Shown here: positions 12,580 to 30,879 of the stretch, piece after piece | Numbering within the stretch: position 1 is the stretch's first letter | Layout: every line of letters starts with the position of its first letter | From: the human T2T-CHM13v2.0 reference genome, Homo sapiens | DNA length: 64,000 nt | Strand: one strand, 5' to 3' | NCBI RefSeq assembly: GCF_009914755.1 | Contig: NC_060936.1 | Position numbers and translations under genes: made by a program | The notes under the pieces: model-generated | Told to the model about the DNA's origin: nothing | The model's input: only the letters and a program-made list of their open reading frames with translations | Database searches by the model: none

Positions 12580-13557
12580 TTATTTAAATTTTACTTTAAA
12601 TTCTGGGATACATGTGCTGAACGTGTAGGTTTGTTACATAGGTATACATGTGCCATGGTGGTTTGCTGCACCTATCATCTAGGTTTTAAGCCCCACATGC
12701 ATTAGGCATTTGTCCTAAGGCTCTCCTTCCCCTTTCCCCCAACCCCTAACAGGCCCTGGTGTGTGATGTTCCCCTCCCTGTGTCCATGTGTTCTCATTGT
12801 TCAGAGTGAGAATATGCGGTGTTTGGTTTTCTGTTCCTGTATTACTTTGCTGAGAATGATGGTTTCCAGCTTCATCCATGTCCCTGCAAAGGACATGAAC
12901 TCATCCTTTTTTATGGCTGCATAGTATTCCATGGTGTATAGGTGCCACATTTTCTTTATCCAGTCTATCACTGATGGGCATTTGGGTTGTTTCCAAGTCG
13001 TTGCTATTGTGAATAGTGTTGCAATAAACATATGTGTTCATGTGTCTTTATAGTAGAATGATTTATAATCCTTTGGGTATATACCCAGTAATGGGATTGC
13101 TGGGTCAAATAGTATTTCTGGTTCTAGATCCTTGAGGAATCACCACACAGTCTTCCACAATGGTTGAACTAATTTACATTCCTACCAACAGTGTAAAAGC
13201 CTTCCTATTTCTCCACATCCATGCCAGCATCTGTTGTTTCCAGACTTTTTAATGATTGCCATCCTAACTGGCGTGAGATGATATCTCATTTTGGTTTTGA
13301 TTTCCATTTATCTAATGACCAGTGATGATGGTAAGCTTTTGTTCATATGTTTATTGGCCACATAAAAGTCTTCTTTTGAGAAGTGTCTGTTCATGTCCTT
13401 CACCCGCTTTTTGATAGGGTTGTTTTTTTTTTTCTTGTAAATTTGTTTAAGTTCCTTGTAGATTCTGGATATCAGACCTTGTCAGATGGATAGACTGCAA
13501 AAATTTTCTCCCATTCTGTAGGTTGCCTGTTCACTCTGATGATAGTTTCTTTTGCTG
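12580..13557 (-). mobile_element. 5'-truncated L1PA7/8-like element (~980 bp)
   Basis: ORF2p C-terminus in ORF 12801-13031; 3'UTR; 14-bp TSD cctgcatcccattt at 12566-12579 and 13558-13571. Confidence 0.93.
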
Positions 13558-13699
13558 CCTGCATCCCATTTCTTTCCTGCTTTTGAGAAACCTGCATTTT
13601 GTCTTTCTCACTTCTGTCAATTCAATGTCTCACTCTTTCAAATGGGTTCTTTCCATTGACTTTTGGGGATTATTAAATTTTTTGCTTTAAAAATGCAGA

Positions 13700-14120
13700 A
13701 TATTAAAAAACAAAACTGATTGTACAAAACCAATTGTACAGTTACCACATCTCAGAGTTAACACATTGTTAATATTTTCTAATGTTTTCTCTGATTTATA
13801 CCTTAAAAAACAAAATATATAAAAATTGTAAAACAAATACACTTTATTCCCTTTCTCAATCCCAGTTGTCCCCTCTCTTTTCCAACTCCTAGCACTACTT
13901 TGTGAGTTTTATTTTTGTAAATAAATAATCTCATGCTGTGTCTGATTTTTAAATTCAATATTATGTTGTGAAATATATTCATGTCGATACACATAGTTCT
14001 ATAATAGTACATTGTAGTTTTCTTCCATACATTATGTTATTGAATATGCCAATGTATCTTCCCCATATTCTTTTTGTTATTACACGTGGTGCTGCCATGA
14101 ACATCCTTATTCTTGTGTCC
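13700..14120 (-). mobile_element. Old L1ME-like 3' fragment
   Basis: Antisense L1M 3' motifs (attatgttgtgaaatatattcatgt; gtggtgctgccatgaacatcctt). Confidence 0.55.
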
Positions 14121-15349
14121 CCCATTGGCTTCTTACCATGCTGAGTCTGGCCCTATTCCTTCCCAGATATCACCCTATGTCTCTTCCTAACCTCAAAATC
14201 AGTTTGTCAGGATGTCACTATTTTCTCATCTCTCACTTCTGCAATTCCTTCAGTTTGTCTTGTTGTCCTGTAATTTCACCAAAAACAGTTCTTGCTTAAT
14301 TAGAAGGCAGTGAGGAAGTTCAGCACATAATAAACATGATGCACAGTACATAGACTCTATTGTTACTGTCCCTTGTTATCCAAATTAGTGAATCTAATAT
14401 TCATTTCCACTAAGGCCACAAAGTCAATTGCAAGGTGGCAATGAATCGAACAGCAACAGTAACACACTTCTAGGGTTCTGTACTTAAAATTTTAAAGCAT
14501 TACGACATGTTATGGAAAAAGAGAGGAATTAAGTATGATTAATTAATTGTACAAAGGAGCCTGAAGCTAAAAAGGTAATTCAGTGAATTGTCTAAAGTTC
14601 CATGTAAAACTCCAATGCATGAAAAATATCACCTAGCTCTCATTCATATATTGACTTATCCTTGAAAAAATATATGGGGCTATATACTCATAAAGTTCTA
14701 CCAAGTTCAATGAATGGCACAAAGAAGTCACTACCCTTTTTTCCTGGAACTCACAGTCTAATGAGAACATGTGTGATAAGGTTTGTACTAAGATTGTGAA
14801 GTGATCTCTTCTAGCACAAGGAATGGGAAACCCAACTGCCTAGAGGGGTTTGGGAAGCCTTGAGCAAGGAATACTTTTAGATGGCATTAAAGGATGAGAA
14901 AGAACCCAATGGAGAAAGAAGGGTGTAGGAAGCGCATTTCAGAAAAAGGGTGACAACATGAGCAGAGCGTATGAGCCTGACAGCACATGGAGTGTGTGAA
15001 GATGAGCTGGCAGTTTGACACACAGTAGGTACTCAATAAATATTTGGTAATGGTGTGAATAAGTGAAAGAAAGGGGGCACATGGAGTCTTGCTGCTGAGA
15101 ATATGATAAGAAAGCCGAGGAGCAACTTTGGTTCAGTTGCACTGTTCTGATCCATCCTGAAAGAAGAAAAAGAGGAGACAAGGAGTGATTTCTGTCTTCC
15201 ATGTCACATTTCATAACATGGTCAAAAAGTTGTTTACAACCGTTCATTTGCTGTTAAGACTCCTCACAAACACTCTCAGATGAGTAAGTTCTGTAGTGAG
15301 AGAGTTTACGTCTGATTTCTTGGTAGCCCTTTGAATGGTTGTCAAACCA

Positions 15350-15877
15350 TCATGGTGATGTGATGGAGGTAAAGGCACTGATGGACAAGGCAAAGGGTAG
15401 ACTTGCTTTAAAATAGGTAGGGTAGAGGGAGGAACCAAGATGGCCGAATAGGAACAGCTCCAGTCTACAGCTCCCAGCGTGAGCGACACAGAAGATGGAT
15501 GATTTCTGCATTTCCAACTGAGTTACCAGGTTCATCTCACTGGGGAGTGCCAGACAGTAGTTGCAGGACAGTGGGTGCAGTCCACTGTGTGCGAGCCGAA
15601 GGAGGGCGAGGCATCGCCTCACCGGGGAAGCACAAGGGGTCAGGGAATTCCTGTTCCTAGTCAAAGAAAGCGGTGACAGATGGCACCTGGAAAATCGGGT
15701 CACTCCCACCCTAATACTGCGCTTTTCCAATGGGCTTAAAAAACGGCACACCAGGAGATTATAATCCGCACCTGGCTCAGAGGGTCCTCCGCCCACGGAG
15801 TCTCGCTCATTGCTAGCACAGTAGTCCAAGATGAAACTGCAAGGTGGCAGCGAGGCTGGGGGAGGGGCGCCCGGCAT
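15350..15877 (-). CDS. L1 antisense ORF0, extended to 175 aa and running into flanking DNA (putative)
   Basis: ATG at 15877 begins MPGAPPPASLPPCSFILDYCASNERDSVGGGPSEPG..., matching ORF0 (MAGAPPPASLPPCSLISDCCASN...). The frame is open to a stop at 15350, outside the L1. Confidence 0.45.
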   Translation of the reverse strand: MPGAPPPASLPPCSFILDYCASNERDSVGGGPSEPGADYNLLVCRFLSPLEKRSIRVGVTRFSRCHLSPLSLTRNRNSLTPCASPVRRCLALLRLAHSGLHPLSCNYCLALPSEMNLVTQLEMQKSSIFCVAHAGSCRLELFLFGHLGSSLYPTYFKASLPFALSISAFTSITSP

Positions 15878-16460
15878 TGCCGAGGTAGTTATTTGATTAG
15901 GTAAACAAAGTGGCAGAGAAGCTCGAACTGGGCGGAGCCCACCACAGCTCAAGGAGGCCTGCCTGCCTCTGTAGGCGCCACCTCTGGGGGCAGGGCACAG
16001 ACAAACAAAAAGACAGCAGTCACCTCTGCAGACTTAAATGTCCCTCTCTGACAGCTTTGAAGAGAGTAGTGGTTCTCCCAGCATGCAGCTTTAGATCTGA
16101 GAACGGGCAGACTGCCTCCTCAAGTGGGTCCCTAACCCCTGAGTAGCCTAACTGGGAGGCACCCCCCCAGTAGGGGCAGACTGACACCTCACATGGCTGG
16201 CTACTCCTCTGAGACAAAACTTCCAGAGGAAAGATCAGGCAGCAGCATCTGCAGTTCACCAAGATCCGCTGTTCTGCAGCCACCGCTGCTGATACCGGGG
16301 CAAACAGGGTCTGGAGTGGACCTCTAGCAAACTCCAACAGACCTGCAGCTGAGGGTCCTGTCTGTTAGAAGGAAAACTAACAAACAGAAAGGACATCCAC
16401 ACCAAAAACCCATCTGTACATCACCATCATCAAAGATCAAAGGTAGATAAAACCACAAAG
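15425..16460 (+). promoter_or_regulatory. L1 5'UTR: internal sense promoter (YY1 site) and antisense promoter
   Basis: YY1 motif caagatggcc at 15436-15445; partial CpG retention; known function of L1 5'UTRs. Activity of this copy is unknown. Confidence 0.7.
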
Positions 16461-17477
16461 ATGGGAAAAAAGCAGAGCAGAAAAACTGGAAACTCTAAAA
16501 ATCAGAGCGCCTCTCCTCCTCCAAAGAAATGCAGCTCCTCACCAGCAACAGAACAAAGCTGGACGGAGAATGACTTTGACGAGTTGAGAGAAGAAGGCTT
16601 CAGATGATCAAACTACTCCAAGCTACAGGAGGAAATTCAAACCAATGGCAAAGAAGTTAAAAGCTTTGAAAAAAAATAAGATGAATGGATAACTAGAATA
16701 ACCAATGCAGAGAAGTCCTTAAAGGACCTGATGGAGCTGAAGACCAAGGCATGAGAGCTACGTGACGAATGTAGAAGCCTCAGTAGCCAATGCGATCAAC
16801 TGGAAGAAAGGATATCAGCGATGGAAGATGAAATGAATGAAATCACGTGAGAAGAGAAGTTTAGAGAAAAAAGAATAAAAAGAAATAAACAAAGCCTTCA
16901 AGAAATATGGGACTATGTGAAAAGACCAAATCTATGTCTAATTGGTGTACCTGAAAGTGATGGGGAGAATGGAACCAAGTTGGAAAACACTCTGCAGGAT
17001 ATTATCCAGGAGAACATCCCCAATCTAGCAAGGCAGGCCAACATTCAAATTCAGGAAATACAGAGACCGCCACAAAGATACTCCTCGAGAAGAGCAACTC
17101 CAAGACACATAATTGTCAGATTCACCAAAGTGGAAATGAAGGAAAAAATGTTAAGGGCAGCCAGAGAGAAAGGTCGGGTTACCCACAAAGGGAAGCCCAT
17201 CAGACGAAGAGCTGATCTCTCGGCAGAAACTCTACAAGCCAGAAGAGAGTGGGGACCAATATTCAACATTCTTAAAGAAAAGAATTTTCAATCCAGAATC
17301 CCATATCCAGCCAAACTAAGCTTCATAAGTGAAGGAGAAATAAAATACTTTACAGACAAGCAAATGCTGAGAGATTTTGTCACCACCTAGCCTGCCCTAA
17401 AAAAGCTCCTGAAGGAAGCACTAAACATGGAAAGGTACAACCGGTACCAGCCACTGCAAAAACATGCCAAATTGTAA
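16461..17477 (+). pseudogene. L1 ORF1p (disabled)
   Basis: ATG 16461 to TAA 17475-17477 (338 codons); in-frame stops at 16605, 16677, 16752, 16848 and 17388; RRM/CTD peptide in ORF 16917-17390. Confidence 0.95.
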
Positions 17478-17540
17478 AGACCTTCAAGGCTAGGAAGAAA
17501 CTGCATCAACTAATGAGCAAAATAACCAGCTAACATCATA

Positions 17541-21371
<3,831 letters not shown>

Positions 21372-21621
21372 ACAATGAGAACACATGCACACAGGAAGGG
21401 GAATATCACACACCGGGTACTGTTGTGGGGTGGGGGGAGGGGGGAGGGATAGCATTAGGAGATATACCTAATGCCAAATGATGAGTTAATGGGTGCAGCA
21501 CACCAACATGGAACATGTATACATATGTAACAAACCTGCACGTTGTACACATGTACCCTAAAACTTAAAGTATAATAATAAAATTAAAAAAAATTATACA
21601 TATATAAAAAAATATATATAT

Positions 21622-21823
21622 TAGATGCCAGAGCTACTTGCCATTTTCTCTAGGAAGATTTTTTAAATAAGGACAGGAAAATGCCTCATAATTTTATGAC
21701 TTATTTCAAGTAGTTTTCCTGAGAATGTTAAAAAATTTTTTCAGGCTAATTATTTTGTTTAATTTGTTTTAGGAATTGCAGGAACAGCAGGATTAATATT
21801 TTAATAAAATGGTTTACAATGGC
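21622..21823 (+). other. L1 3'-transduced non-L1 segment ending at AATAAA and a second A-rich tail
   Basis: Lies between the L1 tail and the 3' TSD; AATAAA at 21803-21808; A-rich tail 21824-21841. Confidence 0.85.
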
Positions 21824-22965
21824 AAAAATAAATAAATAAATAAAGTAGGTAGGGTAACACAACTTCCTCCCATAGATGGTTGCCCAGTACAAGGATCCAG
21901 ATCTGACTCCAGGCCAATCAGGCAAAATTCTGTGGCCCTCAGATTCCTCCAGAAGTGCTCAGCTGCCAATGATACCATTTGAAGAGGAGAAGATACTTTC
22001 AAGCTCTTTGCAAAAATCTTGTTTGCTGATCTGCCAAGAATTTTTATAACCTCCTAGCCCTCCTGAATGTTCTGAAAGCTCTGCTTATATGCCTGTCTCA
22101 TCACGAAGCAGAAGTAACTACAAACAGTCCCAGAAAATTGTTGAATACGTCCTATACATATGGGAAAATCAGAAAATCAGAAGGGTACCACTACCCAAGA
22201 TGTCCAGATCCAGTCCTTCAGGCCTGCTTCAGTTCTATTCTGGCACATCCTAGAATAAATTTGTTCCTCAAGACATATGGTTTTATGACATGGATGCATC
22301 AACAAGTAGAACTGAACAAGTAGAAGGGACCTCTAAAAATGTCCTTTAATTTTAAGACTTAGACCACCTCCCTAAACTAGAGGAAATCTTTGATGCATTG
22401 CTTATCTCCTGTGTTTAAAAAGTGTACAGTTGAGAACTGGAACCATAAAAATACCATACACTATGAACTAGTAGAAGTTGCTAGATGGACTCAGAGGGAA
22501 GAAATGTATTGTCTACATTTGTAAGTTCTCCCTTTTTTGATATTTATCATTTTCTTCATCAGTGAAGAAAAGCTATATTGTTAATTAACTTACTTTCTGT
22601 AAAACAACAATAATTTCTGCCTTATGAGGTTGAGCTGAGTATTAAATTTTTAAAAATTATTAAGTTTATACAGTCACATTGTAAAAGCCCTCAAAATGGC
22701 AGCTGCCATCATCATCATCATAATCATTTATTCACATCAAATTTGGTTTTATAAAATATTTGAGGTGGCTTTTGTTAAAAGATACATGTATGTTAAAGCT
22801 ATTAAAATAAGAATAATGAATTTTTAAAAAACAGAAGTATTAAATTTCATTCTGAGTTTTTTCCTGAAGCAAACATGTATGCATAATTACTTACATAATA
22901 AATATAAACTGACAAAAGGAAAGATACCTGTTATTCAGAAGGACAGATTTTTTTCTTGGCACTAA

Positions 22966-23288
<323 letters not shown>

Positions 23289-23529
23289 TGAATGTAATTT
23301 CTTATAAGATATAGTTTATAAATGATAATGAATAACACAATTGACAGTGTATTCAACAATGATTTCACAGAAAATCCAAAATATTTCTTCATTGCTTCAA
23401 AAATAAAGACATGTCATTATGTTATAACTTAGTAAAAATGTTTAAAAGTGAATGGCTTAACTTCTGCTCACAGAACCAAAAACTAGGATGTAGCTTACAT
23501 TTCTTAGATAAAGAAATGTATATTAAGTT

Positions 23530-23650
23530 AGTGGTTCCCAAAACTGAATATGAATTGAAATCACTCAATGAACTTTTAAAAAAATTCTAGGAATCTGCCC
23601 CAGAGCTACTGAAGCTGATTTTCCTTGGGTTGGATTCAAGCATATGTATT
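23530..23650. mobile_element. MER5-family fragment
   Basis: agtggttcccaaaact...ccccagagctactgaa. Confidence 0.55.
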
Positions 23651-23659
23651 GTTTTCCTT

Positions 23660-24185
23660 TCTTTTATGTTTGGTAGAATACACATAATATAAAATTTACT
23701 ATCTTAACCACTTTTAATTGTACAATTCAATGTGCAACCATCACCACCAGCCATCTCCATGACTTTTTCCACCTTGTAAAAAAAACTCTACATCCATTAA
23801 ACACTAACTTCCCATTTCCCCACCACCCCAACCCTGGAAACCATTATTCTACTTTTTGTCTCTATGATTTTTGATTACTCTTAGTATCTCACATAAGTGG
23901 AATCATACAGTATTTATCTTTTTTGTGACTGGCTTATTTCACTTAGCATAATGTTCTCAAGATTCATATATGTAATATATTGCAGAATTTTCTTCTTTTT
24001 AAGGCTGAGCAATATTCCATTGTATTACTTTGTCTAATAATATTCCATTGTAATATTCCAATGCTGTCATCCATTTATTCTTTAATGGACACTGGGTTGC
24101 TTTCATGTTTTAGATAATGTCAGTAATGCTGCTATGAACGTGGTATACAAATATCTCTTCCAGGCCCTACTTTCCATTATTTTGT
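23660..24185 (-). mobile_element. L1MB-like 3' end
   Basis: aatacacataatataaaatttactatcttaacc...gtggaatcatacagtattt...ctggcttatttcacttagcataatg. Confidence 0.85.
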
Positions 24186-25000
24186 AACTAATGGAAGATG
24201 GGAATTGTAGAAAATACACCAAACTTATTTACTGTTTGGTAGGACACTTCTGAGATGTATTCCAACAATTCTTAAAGGACTCCCAGTAGGATGTTCCCCA
24301 GGAGGAGCCTGAGGATCCTTGCTGTGCTAGTGAATGTGACACAAATATTGTTGACAATCTCAGGTGTGACTGTCCTCTGTAGGCTAGAGTTAATAACAGC
24401 AGATGCTGCTCTAGAACTCCACTTCGCTCCACTCTACTCAGGGGATGAGACAGTCTGTGGCTGCTGAGGCCAGGTGGTGGCACTTAACTTTTAGAGGCAA
24501 ATGGCCATAATTATCATAACAAGTAGGAAAGCCAAAAAGGTAGCCAAGTTGCTTAGGCCCTCTGGGATTTGTGGCAATGGCTAACACACTATTTTGTTCC
24601 TGGGGGCAAGATAGAGGGTCACACAATGAGGGAATGGCTTAATATATATAAGCCAAAAAGTAAAAATTAAAAGGCATCTGGGATGACAGCTATCAGCCAC
24701 CACAATGGAAAATTATGATTTCTCACACATTGTATGACCTAACACTGATACCATGGAGCCCAAAATGGCACCCTGGTGTTGCTGATTAATAGGGTAGATA
24801 CAGAAACTGAGTGATAAGTAGAATCTGGCCTGAGTGTACCTCATGCTGCTCCATTGGGTCCATGGTCCCATCCTATGATCATTTCCCCAGTCTCCGAGAG
24901 CACAATATGTTCACACCCTATATCTTTCCAGCAGAACCCTAACATCATTCCTTGGCTTATGGAATAACAGCTATTATGGTAGGAAAAGCCAAGTGGAGTG

Positions 25001-25038
25001 GCTCCAGTGGTGCAGTTGGTTAGTGCGTGGTGCTTATG
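25001..25038 (+). pseudogene. tRNA-Ile(UAU) 5'-half retropseudogene, tailless
   Basis: gctccagtggtgcagttggttagtgcgtggtgcttatg versus tRNA-Ile-TAT 5' exon GCTCCAGTGGCGCAATCGGTTAGCGCGCGGTACTTATA (7 transitions, 4 at CpG); flanked by aggaaaagccaagtgga (24981-24997) and aggaaggccaagtgga (25039-25054). Confidence 0.88.
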
Positions 25039-25376
25039 AGGAAGGCCAAGTGGAAGCTCACAGATGGCCCCACTCACCTTCGCCAAGATGATAAATTAGA
25101 AGCAATATGACATCCTGGGTGGAATGTCAGAGTTTAATGCCACCTTAAAAGACAAAGGATGTAGTAGTGGTGGTGCCTATCATTTCCTTATTTAATCCAC
25201 CAGTATGGCTCTGGCAAAAATCTTATAAATCATTGTACATGAAAATGTACTATCATAAACTTAGTCAAATGTAGCTACAATTCTAGCTGCTGGACTAAGG
25301 TTGTATCTTTCCTAAGTAGATCTCTTCAGCCTCTGCAGCTTTGTGTGCAGCGACTGATCTGGTGAATGGGTAATTT

Positions 25377-25673
25377 TTTTTTTTTTTTTTTGAGACAGAG
25401 TCTCACTCTGTTGTCCAGGCTGGAGAGAAGTAGTGTGATCTTGGCTCACTGCAACCTCCACCTCCTGAGTGCAAGCAATTCTCCTGCCACAGCCTCCTGA
25501 GTAGCTGGGACTACAAGGCGCCCGCCACCACACCTGGCTAGTTTTTGTATTTTTAGTAGAGATGGGGTTTCACCATATTGGCCAGGCTGGTCTCGAACTC
25601 CTGACCTAAAGTTATCTGCCTGCCTTGGCTCCCAAAGTGCTAGGATTACAGGCATGAGCTACCACCCCTGTCC
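25377..25673 (-). mobile_element. AluSx-like
   Basis: Dimeric Alu; TSD tgaatgggtaattt at 25363-25376 and 25676-25689. Confidence 0.95.
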
Positions 25674-25691
25674 CCTGAATGGGTAATTTCT

Positions 25692-27729
<2,038 letters not shown>

Positions 27730-28374
27730 TGATTTCTAATGCTCACCACAAAAGCGGATAAAAAATAGTTTGTTTTCTTCTAGGAAAGAAAACAGAGCAT
27801 ATTTGTAGTTTTGACCAAGCGCTGTATTAACTGTATCACCTTTTCACAATATAATCCTCAGGGACTTCAACATCTTGACATTACAGAGAGTATCATGCTA
27901 GGCTACTGTATTGATAACATGATGCTAGTCACGTCTAGTGTAGACCATCTCTAGGCTGAACTAACTTTGTTTCACTTCTTTCATGAATACAATCCTGAAA
28001 TGACCATTGCCCAGTCAATGAGAAAGGTTGTTTTCTAGTTGTTTATTAGGTGAGAAAGCCTGGTACCAGTTACTGTGTTCATGGCTATGATATAACAATT
28101 TAATTTTGTATCTGCTTCTGTAAGTAGATTTTAAAAACAAACAAAAATACCTTTATTCATTTTTTTCTAGTTATAGGGTTACCCAAGGTTTCTATTAATT
28201 TTTTGAGTCAATTATTATAAATTATAATTTTCTATGCAATTTTCAATTTATTTAATGTTTTTATAAACTTATTCCATAAAGACATTCATCGTATGCTCTT
28301 ATTATTTTTTAAAATATTGGGAATTTTTCAATCTTTTTAAAATATTTCTTTTCTCGGGACTAATATGTGTATTT

Positions 28375-28540
28375 TCTTTTTCTTTCTTCCTTTCTTTCTT
28401 TCTTTCTTTCTTTTTTTTTTTTTTTTTGAGATGGAGTTTCGCTCTTGTTGCCCAGGCTGAAGTGAAATAGCGCAATCTTGGCTCACTGCAACCTCCACCT
28501 CCTGGGTTCAAGAGATTCTCTTGCCTCAGCCTCCCAAGTA
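28375..28540 (-). mobile_element. 5'-truncated Alu (right arm, AluSp/Sq-like) with (TTTC)n tail
   Basis: gagatggagtttcgctcttgttgcccaggc...cagcctcccaagta, then the match stops. Confidence 0.88.
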
Positions 28541-29576
28541 TTTCTTTTTTAAATCAGTTTTGGGAAAAGAGTTCTTATTTTATTAATTATTCCCCCAAAA
28601 GCAGCATTTGGATTTTATTTTTTGTTGTTTTATTTGTTTTACTTTTGTTTCTTTGATTTCTACTTCTTTTTTTCCATCCTCACTATTTGTTTCCTTTTTC
28701 CTTTCTTTGGGCTTGCAGCCTGTCTAGTTGAATGCTTAGCTCATTAATTTTCAGTCTCTTCTAATATTTTCCTTGAAGGCTATATTTTTTTTATAAATAC
28801 AGTTAAGCTGTATTCTTTAAGTGAAAACATTGTTGCTTAATTCTAAGCATATTTAAATTTCCATGATTATTTTAATTTGATCCATAAATTATTTTAAATT
28901 TTTGAATAATATATAGTTTTCTCATTTTTACAATTTTTAAATTAAGATATAAACATATCATAAAATTCACTCTTTCAAAATGTACTATTCAGTGATTTTT
29001 AGTATATTCATGAGGTTGTGCAACTCACCAATATTTAATTCCAGAAAAATTTTATCACTCTAAAAATAAACTGTGTACCCATTAACAGTCATTTTACATT
29101 TTTCCCTCCCCCTAGTCCCAGGAAACCACTAACTTTCCATTTCTATAGAATTGCTTATCTTTAATTTTATATAAGTGAAATCATACATTATATGGCATTT
29201 TGTGTCTAGCAACTTTCACTTTGCACAATGTTCACAAGGTTCATCCACAGTGTAGCATGTATCAGTATGTCATTCCTTTTTATGGCTGAATAATATTCCA
29301 TTGTAGGGATATACAGCATTTATTTATTCATCAGTTGATAGGCATCTGTGTTATTTCCACTTTGGGGCTGTATATATAATGCTGCTCTAAACATTTATAT
29401 ATATGTTCTTGTGTGAAAATATGTCTCCAATCTCTTGGGCATTGAATGGAATTGCTGTCATATGGTAATTCCATGTTCATCTTTTTGAAGACCTGTCAAA
29501 TTATTTTCCAAAGTGACTCAATATTATACATTCTTGCCAGCAATGTATGAAGTTTGCAGTTTCTCCACATGCTTGC

Positions 29577-29939
29577 TCATATGGTTTGGTTGTGTCCCCA
29601 CCCAAATCTCATCTTGAATTGTAGCTCCCATAATCCCCACGTGTCATGGGAAGGACCTGGTGAAAAGTAATTGAATCATGAGGGCGGTTTTTCCTGTGCT
29701 GTTCTCATGATAGTGAATAAGTCTAATGAGATCCAATGGTTTTACAAAGGGCAATTCCCCTGCACATGCTGTCTTGCCTGCCGTCATGTAAGACATGTCT
29801 TTACTCCTCCTTTGCCTTCCACCATGACTGTGAGGCCTCCCCAGCCATGTAGAACTGTGAGTCCATTAAACTTCTTTTTCTGTATAAATTACCCAGTCTG
29901 AGATATTTCTTCATGGCAGTATGAAAATGGACTAATACA
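29577..29939 (+). mobile_element. THE1B/C solo LTR
   Basis: tcatatggtttgg...ggactaataca; perfect TSD cttgc (29572-29576 / 29940-29944). Confidence 0.93.
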
Positions 29940-30490
29940 CTTGCTAACACTTTTTATTGTCTATTTTAAAAATTACAGCCACTCCAGTGAGTATGAAGTG
30001 GTATTTCATCACAGTTTTAGTTTTCCTAATGACAAATGATGTTGTGTGTCTTTTTGTGTGCTTATCGGCCATTTATATATCTTTTTCTGAAAAATATTTA
30101 TTCAAATTTCTCAGATTTTAATTTTTTTTTATTTCTTTACATTATCTTAATCTGTCTCATCAGATAATGAGTTTCTTTCATTCCATGGTTGTCTTTTTTA
30201 TTTTCTTAATGTTGTCTTTTGAAGCACAACATTTGTTGATTTTGATAAAGTCCAACTTACCTATTTTTTTTCCTTTTTGGGTATTTGTGCTTCAGGTGTC
30301 ATATTTAAGAAACCATTGCCAAATACAAGGTCAAGAAGATTTTTAACTATGTGCTTTTCTATGAGTTTTATAGTTTAGTTCTTACATTGAGGTGTTTGAT
30401 CCATCTTTTGTTAATTTTTGTATGTGGTGTGAGGTAGGAGTTCAATTTCATTCTTTTGCATATAAATATCTCTTTGTTAAAAAAAAAATT

Positions 30491-30879
<389 letters not shown>

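Noticed and set aside
24010-24062. Three copies of aatattcca(t/a)tg as an array
   Set aside because: Small slippage duplication within an L1MB 3' end; not CRISPR-like or functional.
25001-25075. Functional tRNA-Ile gene, or the ERV primer-binding site
   Set aside because: Only the 5' half is present (no T arm, B box or 3' acceptor strand). A primer-binding site is complementary to a tRNA 3' end and sits next to the 5' LTR, not inside pro/pol.
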